From Adineta vaga (Eukaryota; Animalia; Rotifera), in NCBI GenBank assembly GCA_021613535.1, contig CP075494.1, forward strand, positions 14,942,001-15,006,000: a stretch of 64,000 nt of DNA. Direction: 5' to 3'. The translations under genes were made by a program, and so were the position numbers. The number at the start of each line of letters is the position of its first letter. Positions within the stretch are counted from its first letter, which is position 1. This document shows, in pieces, positions 1 to 10,677 of the stretch. Below the pieces are notes generated by a model. The model did no database searches. It was not told the DNA's origin and saw nothing but the letters and a program-made list of their open reading frames with translations.

Positions 1-729
1 TTATCGCCTTATTCTTGAATTTAAGTCGAAGTTTTGAGTTCGATTTGGGATATATCCAGTAGTTTGCTTCTGTCATTTATTTTTTATACTCATCACATGA
101 ATTGTATCACCTATTATTCATTCCATATCTTGCTATCGACAGACAGGACAATGACATTTGTTTGAATCAAATTTTATACCAGTTGATAAAGAAACCACAG
201 AAATTTTTGTATATCAAAGAGAATTATATTAATTATCAGCAATCGTTACATCGTAATAATAGATATCATCTTAATGAAAAGACTTTCTCAACAAGATTTT
301 GATGTTATTTACAAGTGTCACTATCAAGATCACTATATACTTTCCAGTAGGAATAAAGTAAAAAAGTGATTGCAGATTTCCGACATAAGACTTAATCATG
401 ACTGAAATAAAATTAACATCTTTTTGTCTAAATTTACTGGAAATTATTTTCAGAAACTGTTTTGTGCCGTAATAGACAAATGCGTCGATGATCAGTTTCA
501 TCAAGTATTCTTATTTCACTACTAACATTTTCTATAGAAGAAAATGAAAAAAAAATCTCTTACTCCTTTGTTTGTGGCGCTATTATCCTACTTGATTCAA
601 TCGAACCAATCGAGTTTCTGAATGTATCCCTTTTATCATAAACGTATCAATTGTTTCCCATTTTCTTTTTCTCTTCGTCTATCTTAAATTTAAATTAATT
701 TCCAACATTCATACGTGTTCAGATTAATA

Positions 730-1219
730 ATGGCATTTACATTCGTAGCATTTGCTTATATTGTAGCACTTATACTAACAGCATTGCTTATCTTTTTCGC
801 AATTTGGCATGTAAGACTTAATTTAGTTTTTGTTTTTTCTCACTCTTGATTTTATCTTTTCATAGATTATTGCCTTTGATGAATTAAAAAATGATCATAA
901 AAATCCTATTGAACAATGTAATGCATTAAATCCACTTGTTTTACCTGAATATATCATACATATTTTTATCAATATTCTTTTTCTTCTTGGTGGTCAATGG
1001 TTAACATTAGTTTTCAATGCACCATTAATTGCTTATCATATCAATAAATTTCGTACACGTTCAATGAAAAGTGGATTTGGTATTTATGATCCAACGACGA
1101 TAATGAATGCTCATATATTGAGTTTAGCACAACGTGAAGGATGGATCAAACTTGGTTTCTATATGATTACATTCTTCTATTATCTCTATTCTATGATTGC
1201 TGAACTTATTCGGGAATAA
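730..1219 (+). CDS. CNIH: Cornichon homolog (ER cargo receptor), 2 exons (730-810, 866-1219)
   Basis: Manual translation MAFTFVAFAYIVALILTALLIFFAIWH|IIAFDELKNDHKNPIEQCNALNPLVLPEY...YDPTTIMNA...EGWIKLGFYMITFFYYLYSMI matches the cornichon family; GT-AG intron 811-865. Absent from the ORF track. Confidence 0.95.
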
Positions 1220-1561
1220 ATCAAAGGAATCGTTTTCTCACTTTCGTTATTTTTTTGTTTCAATTGTGATATTTCTTTCTTTTTGTTATTTGTTTAAGAT
1301 CATGAACGATCAAATCATATAAAATGATTCATTCGTGTATGTTAATTGAATAGATTGATAAAAAATTTGTTGGTACTAATAACGAATTGGACATATTCTG
1401 AAAAATTGAAGAAAAAAAATAAAAAGGTCCAGAGAAGTATTTTCCTTTTTCTACGATCAAGGAAGGTAATATTCGTTTCACATTCAAAATATCTGTACAC
1501 AAGACAAATCAGATGCTTTCAATGAATAAACACGAAACGATTCCTCAGATTTTCTTTTTAG

Positions 1562-1885
1562 ATGGATGCAACTGATCAACGATTTCGTACTCTTCTTATC
1601 AATGTTGGTAATAGATTATCGATGAAAGATCGACAATCTCTTGGTTTTATTCTTGGTGGTGATGTACCACGTCAAGATCTTGATACGATTGCTCGCGATA
1701 GTCATGCATCGATGAATATTATTTGGGACGCCTTAATTCAACGAGATAAAATTAATTTTCATAATGTTGATTATCTCATACGTTGTTTCGAAAGTATTGG
1801 TCGTATGGATATAGTTCGATTATTAAAAGAATATTTACAAGAACCTGCTGAACCAACAGCTCTATTCAGACAATTCAATCCATAA
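1562..1885 (+). CDS. Stand-alone death effector domain (DED) protein, 107 aa
   Basis: FRTLLINVGNRLSMKDRQSLGFILGGDVP...DALIQRDKINFHNVDYLIRCFESIGRMDIVRLL follows the DED pattern, including a C-terminal RxD(L/I) motif. It aligns by eye with the N-termini of the two downstream helicases. Confidence 0.85.
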   Translation: MDATDQRFRTLLINVGNRLSMKDRQSLGFILGGDVPRQDLDTIARDSHASMNIIWDALIQRDKINFHNVDYLIRCFESIGRMDIVRLLKEYLQEPAEPTALFRQFNP

Positions 1886-2032
1886 AATTTTCTCAACTCT
1901 TTTGAGACTTTTCTGATTTCATTTTGCTTCTTTATTAGTAAACAAAAAATTGATGTAGTTTTAATTTGTTTTTTTTTCTCAATCTTTTTTATATTAATCT
2001 ACGTAGTTACGATAACATTTTAGATTGAACGA

Positions 2033-5000
2033 ATGCCATCGGATCGTGGTTTTCGTAGTTTATTACTCGAAATTGAAGATGAATTGTCCGATTCAGAACG
2101 CAAAAGATTTGTATTTCTACTTAGTAATGATATTCCACGAAAAATAAGAGATGGACCACTCGTTGATGTTTTTACAGTATTAATCGATCGTGGACATATA
2201 TCAGAAACAGATTGTAGTTACCTGTTGAATATATTCGAAGATATGAAATTATTAGCAGTAGCATACAAAATAGCTCAATTTCAATCTCGTAAATGATTCT
2301 TTTCTATTAATGAAATCTTATTTGTTTTTTTATTTCAAAAGAAAATTCTACTGCTCCTCTTACACAACCAATTTTGGAAAATTTTCAACGAATAGAAAAT
2401 ATTTCATTACCAGAAGATAATAATTCATTAGCTTTGGAAGTTATCAATGATTTTTTTAATAACACTGATTCAATGTTATTAATACCTGGTAAGAAAACAA
2501 AAGCAATTCTATAATATAAAAAAAAGGTTATATTATTGTTATAGATTCAGAGTCAAATAGTCCTACAGATACACCAATTCTTAATGAACCTTCACCGGAG
2601 ATTATTTCTTTATCAGTTGAGAATATTGATTTGAATACATTTGAACGTGAGACATGGTCAGATGAATTTTTGCAGAAGATCAACGTTAGTAATATTCGAC
2701 CGTATGAATATCAACGTGAATTGGTACAGAGTGCAATTCAAGCAAGAAATACTATCATATGTCTTCGAACGGGTGGTAAAAAAACATTTGTTGCTGGTAA
2801 TATATCATTTTCTCTGTATTCAAACAGATGAATTGAAGTCTTTTTTAGGTTTATTATTAAAATATTACCTAATTAAAAACAAGACATCTAAGAATGAAAA
2901 GAAATTCTTGGCATTTTTTATTGTACCACATCGTGCTATGTTAAAACAACAGATGCACAAATTAAAACAAATTGGAAATCTTCGAGTTGCTGTCTGTGAT
3001 GAGACAAATGAAGCTATACAATATGTTCATACTTCTGATGTTATTGTTTGTACACCCCGAAAACTTCTCTAGTATAATCTTTCTTTATTAATTTATTTGC
3101 AAAAGAAAAGTTTTTATTTTGCAGTTGTTTACGATTCAGAACAATCTTTTTAACCAATATTGATGTACTCTGTTTTGATGAGTGTGATGATAATGTCATA
3201 CGTAATCAATATATCGAAATTATGCAATATCTTTTATGTAAAAATATTGATCAGATTCCATCAGTTGAATCTTCACCGATTATCATTGGATTAACAGCGA
3301 TTGGTAAGATCTTTGTAGTGTATCTTAAACGATAAGTCGTCATCTTTTTGAATTGTAGGTGTTCGTCATATGAATTCATCGCAAATCATTCAAAATCTGG
3401 CAAATCTCTGTGCAACATTTAATTGTTTGACTATAACTACTGTTTCCAAGAAGGAAAATGAAGAAGAACTTGAACGATGTGTAACTCGTATATCTGAAGA
3501 TGAAATTATTTGTGTTGAAAAACAGAAAGAATATGAAGCATTGAAATTATCGATTGAAAAAGATCTGAAAGATTTAATTTTACAATTATTTATTAATAAA
3601 AATACAAATCCTTTGCAAATTTTTCCCGAAAAAGATATGAATACGAATGGTTATGAACAAAATCTTATATTAATCAAAGAATCAGAACAAAAAAAGCAAC
3701 ATTTTCCAGCTGTACTTTTATTAGATTATAGTCTTGTGATATATCGTCATTTACAAGCATTGATGATCTTAACACCACAAATGGTTCTCTCGGATTTGAA
3801 AGATCAATTTGAAACGATATATAAAAGTCGAGAACATCCAACACAAATTGATACGTCGATTTATGATAAATGTCACAGTGTATTTAAGAAGAAATTAGCA
3901 GAAATTCAAGAATCAGAACAGATTTTAAAGAGTCCAAAATTGGAGAAGCTTGTGGAATTATTGAAATCACATGCAGAAAAGCCAAATAGTCGAGGTAATT
4001 ATTATACATTTAATCCAATGCTTTGTTGAGAAGATTAATTTATCATCATTACAGTATTGATCTTGGTGGAACGAACATTTTATACGAAGAAAATTTGTGA
4101 TTTTTTACAAAATCATTCTGATTTAAAAGTTTGTTTATCCTTCATATTCTTTTCTCATATTATTCTATCATAAATATAGAATATCATCAAACCATGTTGT
4201 CTTGTTGGTCATACTGGTTCCATTGCTCGACAAGTGAACAGAAATCAATCAACAACACTCGAAGGATTTCAAACTGGTTTGTTTGTTCAACTATTTATAG
4301 TAAAGAATCTTTTCAGATCATTTTTAGGTGTTTATAATGTCATGATTGCGACTGATGTTATACAAGCAGGATTAAATATTCCTCAATGTTCATTAGTAGT
4401 TCGATATGATGTATGTGAATTTGTAGACAAAAGAATTTCATTGATATAACGAATCATTTTTTTTTTGTAGTTTGTTCCAGATAATCTTGGAACTGTTCAA
4501 GCACGTATTCGCGCACGTGCAGTAGATTGTCGTTACTGTCTTATTACTACTAAAGGTAATAGACTTCTTCGATCATCTATACGAGAAGAGTGATATGTTG
4601 TTTAGATTCTGCAAATTATAACAAAGAAAAAGATAGTCGTCAATATGAACGTGATTTAAGTGAAGTTCTTGAAACATGGAAAGGAATTTCACTGGATGAA
4701 TTTCAACATCGAGTTCAAAAAGTTCAAGTAAATCTTCTTGTTTTTCTCTACATTTGATTACAATGAATTTCTTCGTAGGAATCTCTAGTCTCCGAATGGA
4801 ATAATAATTTACAAAGAATCGCAATGTTACAAAAAAGTAGTACGAAAACAACTGAACTAACAGGTGATGTTCTATGTGGAGCTTGTGATTTTGTTCTTGG
4901 ACCACTTTCACAACTTCGTCGACATGGAGATGCTTATTTTCTCAACAATCGTGATTTCTATAATTGTGTTGAAGAGAAATTATTTGCTAAACCAGAAGTA

Positions 5001-5365
5001 TATACGAAAAGTACAACTACTGGTAATTCGTTTCTTATTGCTACGATCTTTTACTGAATTATTTATTGTTTATATTTTGTAAAGGTAAAGCTCATTGCGG
5101 AAGTAAAAAATGTCGAGTTAAACTTGGTAATATTCAAATCTTACGTGATTATCCTGAATTAAGTCCAGTTTATCCATTGAAATGTGAAGCAATAAAAATA
5201 AAATATATCGAAAAGACTAGTGGAAAGGAAGAGATTATTATGAAGAAGAAATGGTCAAAAATGCCGTTTAATATTCCACATCTTATTGAAGAATCATCTC
5301 CACACGATGATGACAATACTGACATTTTTTATGATGCTTGTGATATTTTTCCCAGTGACGTATAG
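2033..5365 (+). CDS. DED-RLR-1: DED + RIG-I-like SF2 helicase with degenerate motifs + Zn-binding C-terminal domain; multi-exon
   Basis: DED exon 2033-2288 splices in frame (GT 2289, AG 2341) through a linker into RPYEYQRE, ICLRTGGKKT, FIVP, VCTP, FDECD, IIGLTA, SPKLEKL, IATDVIQAGLNIPQC and QARIRAR. CTD cysteine pairs are CGAC and CGSKKC, followed by KKKWSKMPF. Confidence 0.88.
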
Positions 5366-5753
5366 CGACAAAAGCACTTGTTTTTTTTTTCATTTGTTAT
5401 CTTAACTCAACTGACAATTTTGTTTCATTCTCTCAATTGGTAGTTGCAATGTTTTTAGGATTTGTGGTATTTACAGTAGATGTATGAAACTATTTTTATA
5501 AAGTGTTTTTTTATGTAAAGATCATCGAATTATTATGTTTAATTATTAATCGAATAAATCATCTATTTGATGTTTAATATTTCATCTAGACAGAAGACGA
5601 TTGTTAATTAATGGAGATATGAATGTTACACTTTTACTTCTTGTCTAGATTTAGTCGTATAGAAAATATTTAAGAGATATAAGATGTTTTTTGTCCGAAT
5701 AAGTGTATTTGATTAATTTTGCTTTGTATATTTTAGATTGAGTTAATTGATAT

Positions 5754-8731
5754 ATGAGTGAAGATTTCGATTTTCGTGTCGTTCTAGTCAAGATTCAAAA
5801 CTCATTGTCAATTGAAGATCGTAGAAAGTTACATTTCCTGTTTGGTGAAGACATTCCACGTGTTTTACAGGAAGAAACTTCAATAGGAAGTGCTCTTGAT
5901 GTATTACAAAAACTCTTCGATAGCTTGAAGATTTCTTCAAAAAACGTTGCTTATCTAGTTCGTGCATTAGAAGCGATACAAAGACATGACTGTGCTCAAC
6001 GTTTATTAGGTACAATGCGATTATAAACTTAATATAAACTAACTAAGACATCGTTCTTTTAGACTATGACAAACTTGTACCCAAAGAGATTCGACAATTT
6101 ACACCTTTAGAAGAAGAACAGAATTCAATTAGAACAATTGTTACATCGCGATTACCGACTGAAGAGGAAGTACTGCAAGATTTAGAAGATGTTGATACAA
6201 TCTGTCTTCCAGGTAGAATTCGTATTCTTTACTAATTTTGTTCGATATTTATCTCTTTCTAGCTGAGGCAAAAAGTACTCCATCGATTCGTTTTGCTCCA
6301 CCTGAACCAGATCCAATGGATTTTGCAAGTATTGATTTACGACCATTTGAAGATTCTTCATATGAATGGACTACCGATTATTCGCAAACTCTTGGTTTAA
6401 ATGAACATCCTCGAAATTATCAAATCGAAATCATACGAGATGCAATTCGTCATAAACAAACTATTGTCTGTCTTCGAACTGGTTCGGGCAAAACATTCAT
6501 TGCATCTGTTTTAATCAAATATTATTTCATTAAAAAACAAAAAGAACAACCAAATTCAACGTTTTTAGCTTTATTCTTCGTACCACGTAAAGCTATTCGA
6601 TTACAACAAGCAAAAGCTGTTTCCGAGATTGGAAATCTACGAGTTCAATTATGTGACGATGATCAAACAATTGATCAATTAATGCAAACCAATCATGTTA
6701 TTGTTGCAACACCACAAAAATTCGTTAATTGTTTAAATAAAGAAACTATGCGTTTATCACAATTGGATATGATCATTTTTGATGAATGTCATAACACATC
6801 CGGTGGAAATCCGTATTGTGAAATAATGAAATATTATTTATGTCCATTAAGAAAACAGAATACATCAGAAAGACCATTGATTATTGGTTTAACCGCAACA
6901 GTTAGTGCGAAAGATGCAGTTGAAAAGAAGGAAACAATTGAAAAAAATTTAGTTACCATATGTAGTAAATTGGCATGTCGAACGATTTCGACTGTTTGTG
7001 ATCAAAAAAATATTGACGAGATTAATGCAAAGATCAGTCGACCGAGCAATGATCAATTTGAATTTGTAAAAGAAGTTATATACAATTCCTATTTTGAAGA
7101 ATATTCGAAAATGTTTAAAGATCTTATTGAACAAATCAAACAGCATTTAGATGGTCGAGAATTATTAGATGAACAAGAAATAGGTTCATCTAGTTTTATT
7201 GGACAATTAATTTTATTAAAACGAACGTTTGAAACAAAAGATGACATTAATAATATTATTATCTGCGATTATTTATTATTATTAACAAAGAAATATTCAG
7301 CACTCAAAGATTTACCATTTGATATGGTAATTAAACATGTAATGCTTAAAATTGATGAATATCATCAAGGATATCAACGACCCGTTCCAATGGATAATAT
7401 ACTCTATGAACGATGTGGAACAGAATTGAATATGATTTTAGAAAAGTATGCAGAACATGCTGCAACAAATCCCAAATTAGATTGTTTAGTTGAACTTTTA
7501 AAACGACATGCTTCTCAGTCTACCAAAGGTACATCACTTTTTTGGTAATAATGTGTCTTTCTACAATTAATTATAGGACTTATTTTGGTTAAAACAACAT
7601 TTTATGCAAAAACTATCTATGACTACTTATCTAATCATCCTGAATTAATAGTAAATAGATATTGATGTATTTAATGAGTTTATAAATGAAGATTATTTTT
7701 CAGAATTTTGTTAAACCAGCATGGATTGTCGGGCAAAATAGTGCAGATCATGCATTGACAATACACGATCAAGAAACGAAATTAAAAGAATTTTGTGGAG
7801 GTTCGTTTTCATTTATTTCTCTTCTTATTTATCTATTGATTTGTAGTTGAACGTAATGTACTAATTGCTACGGGTAAATGATACATTATCTGTGATTATT
7901 TCGAATCGACAACGAGATTTCTTTAGATATTGTTCAGGAAGGGTTAAATATACCGACATGTTCGTATGTCATTCGATATGAATTTGTTTCGGATGAGATT
8001 GGAACGATTCAATCACGTGGACGAGCACGTGCAAAGAATAGTTCATATTATCTCATCACTGAACACGATTCTATCAATCATCATCGAGAAAAAAACAATA
8101 AGATTCGTGAAGATAATATGGAAGCAGCTATAGCAGCATGGCCAAATCTTAACAAAGATCAATTTCATCATGATGTTGAAAGTCATACTGTAAGTAATAT
8201 GTTCTAATAGAAGACAACCTAATCGATTTGCTTTTGTAGAAGACATTGATCAAAGGATGGGAAGACGCTTTACGAAGTGAAGAACAACAGAGAAATATAT
8301 TGAGATCAGTTGGTAAAAAAGAAGGTTCCATACACTGTCGACGATGTGGTAGACTTTTAGGTCAACTCGCATGGTTGAAGAAACGGAATACGACGTATTT
8401 TATTAATAATCCAGAATTTTTTACGACGAATGATTGTAGACTTGATAAAACATTCACAAGTTTTCAAGAAAATTTAGTGATGGGTAAATATTTCTCTTCA
8501 TGTTGATTATGATTCATCTTTGTTTGAAAAATTCTAGGAGATGTGAAATGTACTTGTGGTAATTCACTTGGTGGTTGTCTGAAATTTATGGATCGTTCAG
8601 AATTAGGTCCACTATGTGCATTAAAATGTAAACAAATCAAGTTTAAAATTAATGATCAACCAGCTATGATCGAATTTGGACAATGGAGCAAAAACGATCG
8701 TTTCGATGTCGAAGAACTTCAAGAAATTTAA
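5754..8731 (+). CDS. DED-RLR-2: DED + intact RIG-I/MDA5-like DECH helicase + Zn-binding C-terminal domain; multi-exon
   Basis: DED exon 5754-6009, linker exon, then PRNYQIE, CLRTGSGKT (6478-6495), VATPQ, FDECH (6781-6792), IIGLTAT, NPKLDCL, IATDIVQEGLNIPTC and QSRGRAR (8010-8030). CTD has CRRC...CTCG and FGQWS. Confidence 0.93.
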
Positions 8732-9189
8732 ATTAGTTTTGAGTTTATTTTAATAACTTTTTTTACGACAAAAAAATGAGTTATTTTTCTATTCTTAATC
8801 TTTTTTCCATGACATCCAGAAAATCGACATGAAAAATTTGTAAGAGACAGTCCACGAGAATATCGAGCATTCGCCAACATGACCATACTCTCACATTTTT
8901 TACTCCCCTTTTTTTCGATTGCATGTTAAAGAGCATCATCACAAACTACTAAATCCAAATTTTTAGCTCATTTGAGCTTATACTCGAAGAGTTATGAGGT
9001 ACACACTGAACACATACTCATGAAAAACTCGAAATTTTCATGTTTTTAATAGGTATTTAGTTTTTTAAATTTTTCTTCGCTATATTCTGATCCAATATAC
9101 AAAAATCATATACCATTTTGTAGAGCAGGTTTTGCTCTACAAAACTCCCTGTATGACTTCTCTCCAAACCTTAAAAGTATAGTAGTTTT

Positions 9190-9324
9190 AGGGTGTGGGT
9201 GTGGGTGTGGGTGGGTGAAGGTGATGTTTGTGTGTGGACGCGTGAGTATGTGGGTGTGAGTGGATGTGGGTGAGGATGAGAGGATGTGTATAAGAGAAAA
9301 CACCCACATTCACACACACACCCT
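9190..9324. repeat. TGTGGG/CCCACA-rich repeat with imperfect inverted ends
   Basis: agggtgtgggtgtgggtgtgggtggg at the left and cacccacattcacacacacaccct at the right; related sequence at 55246-55300. Confidence 0.7.
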
Positions 9325-10420
9325 TGTTATTCTTCAACCTCAATTTTATCAGGTAAGAATAAATGACTTGAAATTATCAATATCATTTTCATTTTTTTTT
9401 ATAGATTTGTTCAAGTTTATTTGTTTCAGATGAATTGAGAAGAAGTTTAACATCTGGACTTGTTTCTGATCTCTCTTCTTATTCACAAAGAGATTATCGT
9501 CGTTTTCTTCTGGCTCATTTACAATTTCTTCAAGGACTTTGTGAAATTTCAATTGAATTGATTAGTAATTTTGTTAATCAATTTCATTCTTCGTTATTCA
9601 TTACAACTCAACTTTTATCTCAAATGAATTTTCGTCAACGTCTTAATTCTACAATTGAACAAAGTAAATCAAATCCTCAACAAATCTTTTATTCTCTTCT
9701 TCTGTTAATTCGTAAAATCAATCACAGAAATGGTTTAATATCTACTTATGGAACAAATTATGAATATATTATTTCATGGGATGAATTACATAAAGTTTAT
9801 GTCCCTAGGCAACCCATAATTTATGAAAATTGTTCTTGTGATTTAAACTTAAATTGTACAAGTCAAGCAAATTTTTTGTAAACAGTTCTTTAGAAAAACT
9901 TTCAATTGAAAGATTAAAAATCGGATGTACACCAAGTGAATCATTTCTTTCTTCAACTCTTCAATATTTTTATAATCAATCTTTATTGAAGTGAACTTTA
10001 AATGAACTTGTAAATAATTTCTTTACTGAACAATGAAAAATAACAATTAATTATTTATCTTATTTTGAACATTGTAAACCATCTCATTGTTCTTATACAT
10101 ATATTCAAAATTTTGATGTACTTTATATATTAACTCTTCTTCTTGCTCTTCAAGGTGGTTTAAGTATTATTCTCAAATGGATTTCTCTTAATTTAATACA
10201 AATTATTAATAAAATTTATCGTTATCGAAAAAGACAAACAAATATTGTTCAATCAACTTCGTCGAATCAGATGACATTCATTGCACTATGCTATTACAAC
10301 TGTCAATAATCCTGTTGTAAATTCAGAACCAATTCGAAAAAATATATTTTGGAAATTGTCATCATATTTATATTATTGATATTTGTTATAATATCTCTCG
10401 TTTTGTTTTCGATCTATTTA
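9325..10420 (+). pseudogene. 5'-truncated, disrupted fragment of a Cys-containing membrane protein gene
   Basis: Reads QPQFYQ|ICSSLFVS...YGTNYEY...CSCDLNLNC...GCTPSESFLSSTL...YFEHCKPSHCSYTY...LLALQGGLSIILKWI with an intron at ~9352-9403, stops/frameshifts and no start codon. Confidence 0.65.
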
Positions 10421-10677
10421 TAAAAAAGCGGGGTAAAAAATGTGAGAGTATGGTCATGTTTGAGTGACTCATGAACTGTCTCGTAAAACTTATTCTTATA
10501 AATTTTATTTATTATAATTATATACAACAGTTTTTTTTTTGAATCCATCGAAAAACAATCATGAATGATCTTCGAGTAGCAAGTTTACAATTTTACATTT
10601 GAAAGATAATGCTATATATCAAGATTTATCTTGGTTATTTATTTGTGTAGAAAAAAAAGAAGATAAGAATCAACAGA

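Larger units (their letters stand above)
8843..10483. mobile_element. Non-autonomous TIR DNA element (Tc1/mariner-like ends) with internal cargo
   Basis: Left end gagacagt...aacatgaccatactctcacattttttac is the inverse of right end gtaaaaaatgtgagagtatggtcatgtt...actgtctc. TA lies immediately outside both ends (8841-8842 and 10484-10485). No transposase seen. Confidence 0.65.

Noticed and set aside
1-504. ORFs 102-302 (+) and 271-504 (-)
   Set aside because: No recognisable domain. They could belong to a gene leaving the window but cannot be supported.
1562-2296. DED-only ORF as first exon of a tandem-DED RLR
   Set aside because: The acceptor at 2023 needs a phase-0 donor. I found no suitable GT near the end of the DED ORF, which has its own stop. 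RNA-seq could still overturn this.
6170-6200. Caspase cleavage site (LEDVD/T) in the RLR-2 linker
   Set aside because: Such tetrapeptides arise easily in acidic linkers, and no conservation evidence is available.
2033-8731. Dicer or FANCM identity for the helicases
   Set aside because: No PAZ/RNase III or nuclease region follows; both end in an RLR-type Cys4 CTD.
9106-9309. His/Pro/Thr-rich ORF
   Set aside because: Translation of the GT-rich repeat.
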